From Syntrophomonadaceae bacterium (GTDB lineage: Bacteria; Bacillota; Dethiobacteria; DTU022), in assembly GCA_003552365.1 (NCBI GenBank), contig PUKR01000172.1, positions 1 through 37,596 on the forward strand: 37,596 nt of DNA, in the 5' to 3' direction. Below are positions 1 through 7,652 of this stretch, piece after piece. The notes beneath the pieces were generated by a model. It was not told the origin of the DNA, did no database searches, and worked only from the letters and a program-made list of their open reading frames with translations. The position numbers were made by a program, and so were the translations under genes. Numbering within the stretch: the stretch's first letter is position 1; each line of letters opens with the position of its first letter.

Positions 1-842
1 ATAAGCACCATGATTCCATACAGGAACAAGCGGTAACGGCGCATAAAAATATTGGCCAGGAAAACCAGGGCAATTACACCGGCCAAAACCATCAGGATCA
101 TTAAAACCGTGTAATTAGCGTTGATATCGGTATACCCGGCCCCAAACACCACCCCTCGATCGGAAAGAAGCAGTTCCAGCTGGCCAAGGCGATAATCCCA
201 GGCTTTAAGACCTAAAACCATGGCTAAAAGCACTGCCAGGTGGCTGACCCCACGGTTCGGAGGGAGCATCCAACCCTGCTTTCCCTGGGAAGGGGGGTTT
301 AAGAGCAGATAAATAGCCCCGATGATCACCAGGGTAATAACCACAGTCATCATTAAAAAGTTGTAAAGAAACCGGTAAAAGGGCAAACCAAAAACATACT
401 GTGAAACATCGGCCCCGAAAATTGGATCGCTAATCCCAAACGGAACCTGGTTAAAAAAGCGCAGCGCTTCCATCCAACCTTCTCCGACATAAGCAGAAAA
501 TATATAGGCCAGCACTGCGGATGCGATAAGAAAATAATGGGTTAGGCGCCTCGGCGTAAAATAACGCATCGCCCCGCTGGCCATTAATCTTTCCCGTAAA
601 GCCAGGTTGGGAAAACTAAGGATATAGCGTCTCGTAAGTAATAAATTAACGAATAAAAACACAAATATAAAAATAAAACCGCCAATCCTCATACCCCACT
701 GGGTCAGGTATTGAGTCCAAAAAACTTGTTCTGCATCAAGATCAATAAACCAGAGTAAATCAAGGTAAAAATTAGTCCCGGTTATGAGTAAAGAAACCAG
801 GATAATTACACCCACTAAAATCAAAAAGAAACGACTGCGCAA
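1..842 (-). CDS. UPF0182 (COG1615-like) polytopic membrane protein, N-terminal ~280 aa; the gene continues past the left edge
   Basis: The minus-strand frame is open from position 1 up to an in-frame TAA at 891-893. Hand translation gives LRSRFFLILVGVIILVSLLITG...WFIDLDAEQVFWTQ...FGISDPIFGADVSQYVFGLPFYRFLYNF, i.e. a hydrophobic N-terminus plus an FG-x-x-DP-x-FG...LPF motif that I associate with UPF0182. A TTG at 842 lies 6 nt after GGGGGG. The ORF is absent from the track because it is truncated. Confidence 0.65.
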   Translation of the reverse strand, partial: MRSRFFLILVGVIILVSLLITGTNFYLDLLWFIDLDAEQVFWTQYLTQWGMRIGGFIFIFVFLFVNLLLTRRYILSFPNLALRERLMASGAMRYFTPRRLTHYFLIASAVLAYIFSAYVGEGWMEALRFFNQVPFGISDPIFGADVSQYVFGLPFYRFLYNFLMMTVVITLVIIGAIYLLLNPPSQGKQGWMLPPNRGVSHLAVLLAMVLGLKAWDYRLGQLELLLSDRGVVFGAGYTDINANYTVLMILMVLAGVIALVFLANIFMRRYRLFLYGIMVL

Positions 843-904
843 TACTAGCCCCCCAATATCAATAAATACCGGTTTAGCACCGGCCTTATTTTATCTTCAT
901 ATGT

Positions 905-933
905 ATTTTAGACTAGCCCGGGCCCGGTGTCAA
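905..933 (-). promoter_or_regulatory. sigma-A type promoter for the UPF0182 gene (TTGACA, 17 nt spacer, TAAAAT)
   Basis: The minus strand reads TTGACA(933-928) ccgggcccgggctagtc TAAAAT(910-905). The -35 is perfect, the spacer is 17 nt and the -10 matches 5/6. Confidence 0.5.
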
Positions 934-953
934 AAAGATGCAAAGCTTAAATG

Positions 954-1538
954 CTAATAGATTGTGATCATTTCGGCAATATTATTAAAGGTTGCTTCCC
1001 CGATCCCGCTTACTTCCATTAGCTGTTCTATATCTGTAAAATACCCGTGTTTTTCGCGGTAATCTACAATTTGCCCCGCACGGACCTCTCCTATACCCGG
1101 CAAACCGGTAAGCTCAGCTACTGAGGCCCGGTTTATGTTGATAACCTCGTCAGTTCCACCTTGTGAATGTTTGGGAGCTTCTCCGATGGAATGGACGTAT
1201 ATTTGCTCGCCGTCAAAAATCGGGCGGGCCTGGTTTAAGCTTTCGCGGTCTGCCTCTTCGCTAAAACCTCCGCCGAGTTCCAGTAATTCATAAACCCTTG
1301 CACCTTCGGGCAGCTTGTAAACACCGGGATTTTCTACGGCACCAACCAGGTGAACTGAGATCTTTTCCGGTTCGAGCGCTTCTTGATCATGTTCGCCAGA
1401 TTGATTATTTTCTTCGGGCATTAACTCCGGTCTCTCCGTTGCTCTTAATTCTACCGCCCTCCATATTCCACCTGCGATCAACAACAAAACCAGCACCCCC
1501 AGGATCGCCTTCTCCCTTGCACCCGTTTTTCCTCCCAA
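954..1538 (-). CDS. comEA: competence protein ComEA (SLBB domain plus C-terminal helix-hairpin-helix DNA-binding domain)
   Basis: The protein has an N-terminal TM segment (AILGVLVLLLIAGGIW) and the motif HLVGAVENPGVYKLPEGARV. The C-terminus reads ININRASVAELTGLPGIGEVRAGQIVDYREKHGYF...GIGEATF, a tandem HhH. The start is TTG, 8 nt after GGGGAG. Confidence 0.85.
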   Translation of the reverse strand: MGGKTGAREKAILGVLVLLLIAGGIWRAVELRATERPELMPEENNQSGEHDQEALEPEKISVHLVGAVENPGVYKLPEGARVYELLELGGGFSEEADRESLNQARPIFDGEQIYVHSIGEAPKHSQGGTDEVININRASVAELTGLPGIGEVRAGQIVDYREKHGYFTDIEQLMEVSGIGEATFNNIAEMITIY

Positions 1539-1628
1539 TACCCCATCTCCCCTCTTTTTTGTGGAAAATAAATACTTATTTTATTCGCTGCATTTGCTGC
1601 AAGCCCTTTTTCCCCTGCTAATAAATAT

Positions 1629-1669
1629 AAAAAACCCGGACCGAAGAAAACTCGGCACCGGGTTTTTTT
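1629..1669 (-). terminator. intrinsic terminator after the Asp23-family gene (bidirectional hairpin flanked by A and T runs)
   Basis: CCCGG(1635-1639) pairs with CCGGG(1658-1662) and CCGA(1641-1644) pairs with TCGG(1652-1655). The minus strand has TTTTTT directly after the stem. Confidence 0.6.
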
Positions 1670-1696
1670 GTCCTAACCAATCCAGCAATAAAGGAT

Positions 1697-2161
1697 TTAG
1701 CTTTCTTGCTTTTCTTCCTCTTGCCCTTCTTCTTCGGGAACATTGATGCCCTCAACATTAATATTGATTGCTTGCACCTTCAAGCCGGTTGTCTTTTCAA
1801 CATTGTTGCGGATTTCTTTTTTAAGCTTATCCGTGGATTCAACAATTGATTTCCCATATTCAACGATAACACTTAACTCTATGGTTACCCTGTCTTCATC
1901 AACATCAACCTTGATACCCTTGGTCATGTCTTTGCGGCCCAGCCTTTCGGCGATTCCACCGACAACACCGCCGCTCATACCGGCAATACCAGGTATATCG
2001 CTGGAAATTATACTGGTAATTACCGCAATCACATCAGAAGATATTCTAATGCTGTCTTCTTCCTTTGATGGATCGGGCTTTAAAACTGCCTCGTCGGCAC
2101 CACCTGTTTTACCTGATTTTCCTGCTTTGCCTTCGTTTGCTTTTTTTTCTTCTTCAGTCAT
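1697..2161 (-). CDS. Asp23/Gls24 family envelope/alkaline-shock stress protein
   Basis: The core reads ISSDVIAVITSIISSDIPGIAGMSGG...GIKVDVDEDRVTIELSVIVEYGKSIVESTDKLKKEIRNNVEKTTGLKVQAININVEGI, typical of Asp23. I place the start at the ATG of MTEEEKK (2161) because AAAGGAGG lies 7 nt upstream. The track ORF starts 18 nt earlier, inside that RBS. Confidence 0.85.
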   Translation of the reverse strand: MTEEEKKANEGKAGKSGKTGGADEAVLKPDPSKEEDSIRISSDVIAVITSIISSDIPGIAGMSGGVVGGIAERLGRKDMTKGIKVDVDEDRVTIELSVIVEYGKSIVESTDKLKKEIRNNVEKTTGLKVQAININVEGINVPEEEGQEEEKQES

Positions 2162-2308
2162 GTATTTTCCTCCTTTCAAATAATACTTGCCGGGAATATA
2201 AAACCAGCTAACAAGCTGGATTTAAACTGAAACTACTTTCGAATAACTGACCGGTAGCTTTCATTAAAATACAATAGCAAAGAATTTTTTCACTTTTTCT
2301 TAATGGTA

Positions 2309-2337
2309 ATTGTATGATCTGTGAGGTTTATTGTCAA
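2309..2337 (-). promoter_or_regulatory. sigma-A type promoter for the Asp23-family gene (TTGACA, 17 nt spacer, TACAAT)
   Basis: The minus strand reads TTGACA(2337-2332) ataaacctcacagatca TACAAT(2314-2309). Confidence 0.55.
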
Positions 2338-2408
2338 GTGAAAGAGCCCTGATTTAACACAAATTCAAATTTCCTTTATAATTGTTACTGCTCTTAATTT
2401 AACTAAAT

Positions 2409-4895
2409 TCAACGGGCAACAATATTTACCAGCCTGCCGGGGACGGCAATAGTCTTAACAATTTCTTTACCTTCCAGCAGGTCGCCAATCCTCTCGTTAT
2501 TATGGGCCGCCTCGATAAGTTGTTCCCGGGAACATTCAGAAGGAACATTGATTCTACCCCGCACTTTCCCATTAATCTGGACCACCACTTCCACCTGGTC
2601 TACCTGGAGCAGTTCAGGATCGTAACCGGGCCAGTGCTGACGGTGTACACTTTCAGATTGCCCCAGCAGGCTCCAGGTTTCTTCGGCGATATGGGGCGCA
2701 AAGGGGGCCAGCAAGATAACCATTTTTTCCAGGGTATCGCTTAAAACCTGGTGATTATACTGCCGCTGATCGTTTGCCTGCCTGTAAGCATAAACCGCGT
2801 TCACCAGTTCCATTATCGAGCTGATAGCCGTATTAAAGTTGAATCTTTCTTCAATATCGTGGGTTACCTTTTTTATCGTATTATGAAGGCTGCGCTGCAG
2901 TTCACTTTCGGCTTCTCCGATGTCAGTATGCCCGGAACCGGTAGAAAGTTCCTCGCGGCACTCAACGACCAGGCGCCAAACCCGGCGTAGAAAACGGTAA
3001 CACCCCTCTACGCCTTGATCATTCCAATCCAGGTCTTTTTCCGGGGGAGAGGCGAAAAGAATAAACAGCCGTCCTGTATCGGCACCGTAACTGGCTACAA
3101 TCTCATCAGGTGTAACCACGTTACCTTTTGATTTGGACATTTTGGCCCCATCCTTGTAAACCATCCCCTGGGCCAACAACCGGCTGAAGGGTTCGTCACA
3201 CTGAATTAGATCAGCATCATAGAGCACCTTGGTAAAAAAGCGGGCATACAGCAGGTGGAGCACAGCATGTTCAATACCGCCGATATATTGGTCCACCGGC
3301 ATCCAGTAATCAACAGACTCTTTGTCAAAGGGAGCAGTAGTAGTGTTTGGACTGGTATAGCGAAGGAAGTACCATGAAGAGCAGATAAAAGTATCCATGG
3401 TATCTGTTTCCCGCTGAGCAGGCCCACCGCACAGGTTGCAGGATGTATGCACAAAATTTTCGTAATGAGCCAGGCTGGGCACCCGGTTACCGGATAATGC
3501 AACATCCATTGGCAATTCCACCGGTAGTTCTTCTTCCGGAACCGGGACGGTGCCGCATTTTTCGCAGTATTTTATTGGTATCGGCGCTCCCCAGTATCGC
3601 TGCCTTGAGATCAACCAGTCCCTTAGCCTGTAGGTAACCCTAAAATCACCCTGGCCATGCTTTTCCAGGTACTCGGTGACTTTTCTGATCCCTTCACTGT
3701 CACTTAACCCGTTAAAGACACCGGAGTTAACCATCTTTCCTTCCCCATCATAGGCTGCTTCCATGGTCTCCCCGGAAAATTCCTCTCCTTCCGGTTGAAT
3801 AACTACCCGAACCGGCAAATCATACTTGCGGGCAAACTCAAAGTCTCTCTGGTCATGTGCCGGCACCCCCATAACTGCACCGGTTCCGTAAGCCATGAGG
3901 ACATAATTTCCCACCAGGATCGGCACTTCTTCTCCATTAATCGGGTTGACTGCGTAACGACCGGTAAAAAGCCCGATTTTTGGAGTTTCCTCTGAAGTCC
4001 GATCGATTTCACTTTCCTGCCGGACATCGGAAACAAAGTGCATCACTTCTTCTTCCCGGTCCGTTCCCTCCACCAGGGGCTTAACCAAAGGGTGTTCAGG
4101 AGCCAAGACCATGTAGGTTACCCCAAAAAGCGTATCCGGCCTGGTTGTAAAGGTGCGTATTTCTTTTCCGGCAAAACCCTTAACTTTAAAAGCAATCTCC
4201 GCCCCTTCACTGCGACCGATCCAATTTTTTTGCATTAACTTTACCCGTTCCGGCCACTCTTCCAGTTGATCCAAATCATTTAATAACCTTTCGGCGTAAT
4301 CGGTTATTTTTAAAAACCACTGTTCTAGTTCCCTGGTTTCAACTACCGATGAGCAGCGCCAGCACAGGCCTTTTTCCACCTGTTCATTGGCCAAAACCGT
4401 TTGACAGGTTAAGCACCAGTTTACATTTGACTTCTCCTTGTAAGCAAGCCCCCGCTTATACATGAGCAGAAATAACCACTGAGACCACTTGTAATAATCG
4501 GGAGAAGAAGTATTCACCTCCCGGTGCCAATCATAGCTTACTCCCAGCCGGTTCTGCTGTTCTTTCATATGTTCTATGTTTTCTGCAGTCCATTGTGCCG
4601 GATTTACATTATTCTCTATAGCGGCATTCTCAGCAGGCAAACCGAAAGCATCCCAACCCATGGGGTGCATGACATTATAATCGCGCATACGCAGGAAACG
4701 GGCCAGGACATCTCCGATCGAATAAACCCTCATATGCCCCATATGCAATTTACCCGAGGGATAGGGAAACATTTCCAGGACATAGTACTTGGTTTTGGAC
4801 GGATCAACTTTGGATCTAAATGAATCCTGTTCCTTCCAAAGCTTTTGCCATTTTTCTTCAATTTGAATTGGATCGTAGTTTGTCACTGGCATCAT
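2409..4895 (-). CDS. leuS: leucine--tRNA ligase
   Basis: This is an 828 aa class I aaRS with HMGH (PYPSGKLHMGHMRVY) and KMSKS (GAKMSKSKGN) motifs, and the N-terminus YDPIQIEEKWQKLW is typical of LeuS. A Leu-specifier T-box leader lies directly upstream. Confidence 0.97.
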   Translation of the reverse strand: MMPVTNYDPIQIEEKWQKLWKEQDSFRSKVDPSKTKYYVLEMFPYPSGKLHMGHMRVYSIGDVLARFLRMRDYNVMHPMGWDAFGLPAENAAIENNVNPAQWTAENIEHMKEQQNRLGVSYDWHREVNTSSPDYYKWSQWLFLLMYKRGLAYKEKSNVNWCLTCQTVLANEQVEKGLCWRCSSVVETRELEQWFLKITDYAERLLNDLDQLEEWPERVKLMQKNWIGRSEGAEIAFKVKGFAGKEIRTFTTRPDTLFGVTYMVLAPEHPLVKPLVEGTDREEEVMHFVSDVRQESEIDRTSEETPKIGLFTGRYAVNPINGEEVPILVGNYVLMAYGTGAVMGVPAHDQRDFEFARKYDLPVRVVIQPEGEEFSGETMEAAYDGEGKMVNSGVFNGLSDSEGIRKVTEYLEKHGQGDFRVTYRLRDWLISRQRYWGAPIPIKYCEKCGTVPVPEEELPVELPMDVALSGNRVPSLAHYENFVHTSCNLCGGPAQRETDTMDTFICSSWYFLRYTSPNTTTAPFDKESVDYWMPVDQYIGGIEHAVLHLLYARFFTKVLYDADLIQCDEPFSRLLAQGMVYKDGAKMSKSKGNVVTPDEIVASYGADTGRLFILFASPPEKDLDWNDQGVEGCYRFLRRVWRLVVECREELSTGSGHTDIGEAESELQRSLHNTIKKVTHDIEERFNFNTAISSIMELVNAVYAYRQANDQRQYNHQVLSDTLEKMVILLAPFAPHIAEETWSLLGQSESVHRQHWPGYDPELLQVDQVEVVVQINGKVRGRINVPSECSREQLIEAAHNNERIGDLLEGKEIVKTIAVPGRLVNIVAR

Positions 4896-4905
4896 CCCCT
4901 TTTGA

Positions 4906-5212
4906 AAAATAAAAATCCGCCCCCTTTATGTTAAGGGACGGAGCATACCCGCGGTACCACCCTTATTGGTAATCATCTGGTGGAGCTGGCGGGAGTCGAA
5001 CCCGCGACCTCTTCCATGCCAAGGAAGCGCGCTCCCACTGCGCCACAGCCCCTCGTTGTGTTACCCTCTTGCATGCCGTTATCGCCGGCTTACGGCAGCA
5101 ATTACTTCTTCTTTCACCGCTGCTTCTCCGGGACGAGTTCAGCATTGATGCCTGCCGGTTTTCAGCTACCCCGGCTCTCTTTTTAGGCTTTCATGCTTAC
5201 TGCTTCCCTTCA
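4906..5212 (-). promoter_or_regulatory. T-box riboswitch leader (Leu, specifier CUC) controlling leuS; it contains an embedded tRNA gene
   Basis: All readings are on the minus strand. Stem I is GGGA-agc-AGUA-a-GCAU-gaaa-GCCU-aaaa-AGAGAG-CCGG-gguagcugaaaa-CCGG-c-AGGC-auca-AUGC-u-GAA-CUC-g-UCCC. It shows the AGUA/GAA S-turn, the AGAGAG distal bulge, and the specifier CUC at 5137-5135 followed by a purine. A Stem II hairpin GCAGC...GCUGC lies at 5123-5095. The T-box motif AAGGGUGGUACCGCG is at 4964-4950. The terminator UCCGUCCCUU-aacau-AAAGGGGGCGGA plus a U run is at 4942-4906. Confidence 0.85.
4978..5052 (-). tRNA. tRNA-Ala (anticodon GGC), 75 nt, CCA encoded
   Basis: The minus strand reads GGGGCUG-UG-GCGC-AGUGGGA-GCGC-G-CUUCC-UUGGCAU-GGAAG-AGGUC-GCGGG-UUCGACU-CCCGC-CAGCUCC-A-CCA. 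This folds as a full cloverleaf with U8, A14, G18G19, U33, the T-loop UUCGA, the G3:U70 Ala identity pair and discriminator A73. Confidence 0.93.
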
Positions 5213-5248
5213 TTGAGTTAACATTCTGGTACCCCGAGTACATTTTAC

Positions 5249-5277
5249 ATTATATGCACGCGCGTAAGCCTTGTCAA
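5249..5277 (-). promoter_or_regulatory. sigma-A type promoter of the leuS T-box leader (TTGACA, 17 nt spacer, TATAAT)
   Basis: The minus strand reads TTGACA(5277-5272) aggcttacgcgcgtgca TATAAT(5254-5249). Both hexamers match consensus exactly. Confidence 0.65.
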
Positions 5278-5342
5278 TAGAGAAATTTTATTTATATGTT
5301 AACTGGCCCCTGCCGCGAAAGACTGCCGGCCCCGGCTCCAGT

Positions 5343-6212
5343 TTAGAGTTCCACCCGGTATGATTCTCCGCTTTGCATATCAATAATAAGCAGTGTAGCT
5401 TCAGGCAACACTCCTTCCAAACCGGCCAAAATTTTCAAAGCCTCCCCGACCTGCCATGAGGCCAGCATGGCCGGAGTTACTGCCGGGTTACCAAGCTGAG
5501 TTTCCACCCCGTGCCGGGTTTGACTGTTCTCTTGTCCATAAAGTTTTGTCAATACCGGCCTTCCCGGTTTGATCACAGCCACCTGTCCAAGAAAACCGGC
5601 AATTGCACCGTGAACCATCGGCACTCCCAGCTCAGTGCAGGCTTTTTCCAGGGCAAAACGGGATGGCAGGTTGTCTAAACAGTCCAGGATTATATCGCAG
5701 CTTGAAAATAACTGAACCAGGTTATCCTTTTCAGCCAAACAATTAAAAGCCTCTACTTCCACACCGCTGTTTATTTGTATTATTCTTTTTTTAGCCGCCT
5801 CTGCCTTAGCTTCTCCCAGGTTTTCTTCCGTAGCTACCAGCTGACGGTTCAAATTGCTTTCACTGAAATTATCGCCGTCTACCACCACCAGCCGCCCCAA
5901 ACCCATACGCGCCAGCAGCTCAAGCGCAAAACCACCCAGCCCGCCGGCTCCCAGCACGCCGGCTGTTGATTTAAGCAAACTAATTTGCCCGTTTACGCCG
6001 ACCGTGCCTAAACTACGCTGGTAACGTTCGGGAATGATTCCTGCTTCGAGAGCAGCTATTTCAATGATTCTTCCTGTTAGGTTAAAACTTCGCGCCAGGC
6101 GTTTGGTAGCGGATAAATCAAGGCAGCGGTAACTATCGCCTGCAGGGTTGGTTTCTTCTGAGGCTGTTTCGATTATTGCCTTTTTAAGGTTTATATTCTC
6201 GCCATTAACCAT
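5343..6212 (-). CDS. ThiF/MoeB/HesA-family E1-like adenylyltransferase
   Basis: A Rossmann nucleotide loop and downstream motif are present: VLGAGGLGGFALELLARMGLGRLVVVDGDNFSESNLNRQ. I saw no C-terminal CxxC zinc motifs. The start is set at the ATG of MVNGEN (6212), 5 nt after AGGTGA. The track ORF begins at a GTG 9 nt upstream, inside that RBS. Confidence 0.75.
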   Translation of the reverse strand: MVNGENINLKKAIIETASEETNPAGDSYRCLDLSATKRLARSFNLTGRIIEIAALEAGIIPERYQRSLGTVGVNGQISLLKSTAGVLGAGGLGGFALELLARMGLGRLVVVDGDNFSESNLNRQLVATEENLGEAKAEAAKKRIIQINSGVEVEAFNCLAEKDNLVQLFSSCDIILDCLDNLPSRFALEKACTELGVPMVHGAIAGFLGQVAVIKPGRPVLTKLYGQENSQTRHGVETQLGNPAVTPAMLASWQVGEALKILAGLEGVLPEATLLIIDMQSGESYRVEL

Positions 6213-6240
6213 ACAACTCACCTGAATTATACTATCTTAA

Positions 6241-6636
6241 CTATTCCGAAGATGCAGAATGCTTATTTTGGATTTCACCTAACTCAACCAGCGGCGATTC
6301 TGACCAAAGCCTGTCCAGGTCATAAAAATCTCTAGCCTCGGGCTGAAAAATATGGATAACCAGGGAACCATAATCTAAAATCACCCACCAGCCTTCCCGG
6401 TATCCTTCAATTCTCGAAGCATAATAACCTTTTTTCTTAAGGCTTTCGGTCAGGTGATCGCAGATTGCATGGACCTGCACTGCTGTAGCCCCTGTGCCGA
6501 TTAAAAAATAATCGGCAATTATCGAGATCCGGCCAACTTCCAAAAGGCGCATATCCCTGGTTTTCTTTTCCGCAGCCAGCTCGACTGCATAATTGGCCAG
6601 TTCCCGGGCACTAACATCATCCGGTCCCTTTGTCAA
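6241..6636 (-). CDS. rsfS: ribosome silencing factor RsfS (iojap family)
   Basis: The sequence ADYFLIGTGATAVQVHAICDHL...EGYREGWWVILDYGSLVIHIFQPEARDFYDLDRLW is typical of RsfS. The start is TTG, 6 nt after GGAGGTGA. The gene sits in the conserved nadD-yqeK-rsfS neighbourhood. Confidence 0.9.
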   Translation of the reverse strand: MTKGPDDVSARELANYAVELAAEKKTRDMRLLEVGRISIIADYFLIGTGATAVQVHAICDHLTESLKKKGYYASRIEGYREGWWVILDYGSLVIHIFQPEARDFYDLDRLWSESPLVELGEIQNKHSASSE

Positions 6637-6697
6637 ATAAAATCACCTCCGCTTATCAGAGATTACCCGGTCAAATAAACCTTGCTGAACTTCTATA

Positions 6698-7255
6698 TTA
6701 AAGGTTGCTACCTTCACGTTTTTTTTCAAGCAGGCTGTTGCGAAAAGCCACCGAGCGCGGGTGTAACAACAAGCCCCTTCGCAGCACTGACTTTATGGCA
6801 AACTCAACTGCCTCAAGCATGGCTTGTTCCGGATCGGATCTTGCCAGTTCCCTTATTTTTCCCGCTTCAGGAAAATCGCGGCCATCTTCAATATAATCGG
6901 CCAGGTAAATCGCCTTTTCCAGGCCGTTCATGCCTTTGCGGCCGGTGGTATGGTAATAGACCGCCCGAATGATCCGGGGGTCCTCCAACTTAACTTCAGT
7001 TTTTAACAGGGCAGCGCCCACTGGAGCATGAAGCAGGCGGCTTTCCTGCCTGGTTACCCGGTCCAGGCACAAACCCGTCTTTTCAGCTTTTTCGATCAAC
7101 TCCCGAGGAGTATAGCGCTTCCCATAATCATGAACAATTCCCGTCAAATATGCCTTTTCTTTGCTCTCACCGAAATATTCAGCTAAAGAAGCAGCCGCTT
7201 TTGCCACGCCCAGGGAATGCCGGTACAATTCTTCGCTCAGCATTCTTTTCATCAA
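6698..7255 (-). CDS. yqeK: HD-domain bis(5'-nucleosyl)-tetraphosphatase YqeK
   Basis: The HD-domain signature is YRHSLGVAKAAASLAEYFG...LTGIVHDYGK...LHAPVGA...YYHTTG. The start is uncertain between TTG 7255 and ATG 7252. Confidence 0.85.
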   Translation of the reverse strand: MMKRMLSEELYRHSLGVAKAAASLAEYFGESKEKAYLTGIVHDYGKRYTPRELIEKAEKTGLCLDRVTRQESRLLHAPVGAALLKTEVKLEDPRIIRAVYYHTTGRKGMNGLEKAIYLADYIEDGRDFPEAGKIRELARSDPEQAMLEAVEFAIKSVLRRGLLLHPRSVAFRNSLLEKKREGSNL

Positions 7256-7373
7256 ATCCTGATACAGCCCAACATCATAAGCGGGCTTAGGATTATCAGA
7301 TTTACTTTCAGTAAAATCGATAATTATAAATCTATCCCTTCAAACCAATGATAGTATAAGTCAAACAACCTGG

Positions 7374-7625
7374 TTACTGTTCCCGTGGCTTAGCCACATT
7401 AACTACAAGCTTACGTCCGTCCAGTTCAGCTCCGTTGGTTTTTTCGAGTATTTCTTCCATTTGATCCTCGTTAACTTCAACAAATCCATACCCGCGGGAA
7501 CGCCCTGTCGCCCTTTCCGTAATTATTCGACATTCCACCACTTCTCCATACTCAGAAAAAAACTTTTCCAATTCGTTTTCCTTGGTGCTCCAGGGAATAT
7601 TTCCCACATACAACGTTTTTACCAT
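7374..7625 (-). CDS. small RRM (RNP-1/RNP-2) RNA-binding protein
   Basis: This 83 aa protein has RNP-2 LYVGNI and RNP-1 RGYGFVEV. A strong RBS (GGAGGTGGAG) lies 5 nt before the ATG. Confidence 0.85.
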   Translation of the reverse strand: MVKTLYVGNIPWSTKENELEKFFSEYGEVVECRIITERATGRSRGYGFVEVNEDQMEEILEKTNGAELDGRKLVVNVAKPREQ

Positions 7626-7646
7626 TTAATCTCCACCTCCAAGTAT

Positions 7647-7652
7647 ATTATA
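7647..7652 (-). promoter_or_regulatory. possible -10 box (TATAAT) for the RRM gene; no convincing -35
   Basis: The minus strand reads aaggTATAATatacttGGAGGTGGAGattaaATG. Only the -10 is clear. Confidence 0.3.

Noticed and set aside
891-900. A four-codon mini-ORF (ATG AAG ATA AAA TAA) in the UPF0182 leader.
   Set aside because: The ATG lies only about 5 nt downstream of the predicted -10 box, at or before the likely transcription start, and it has no RBS. It is most likely fortuitous.
917-926. The CCGGGCCCGG palindrome downstream of comEA, considered as a terminator stem.
   Set aside because: The 10-mer is self-complementary with no room for a loop, so it cannot form a stable hairpin. It sits in the spacer of the predicted UPF0182 promoter. 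A weak 5 bp hairpin at 869-883 (CCGGT-ttagc-ACCGG) followed by a U-rich tract is the only other candidate, and it is too weak to call.
4978-5052. The possibility that the GGAGTCGAACCC...TGGTGGAG element is the 3' end of a tmRNA or only a tRNA-like fragment.
   Set aside because: A complete 75 nt cloverleaf with D, anticodon and T arms and a normal 7 nt anticodon loop (GGC) is present, and there is no tag-peptide reading frame or tmRNA pseudoknot region. A standard tRNA-Ala is the simpler reading.
4963-5186. Three small ORFs (4963-5145 minus, 4966-5148 plus, 4980-5186 plus) upstream of leuS.
   Set aside because: They overlap the tRNA-Ala gene and the T-box leader structure. The region is explained by RNA elements, not coding sequence.
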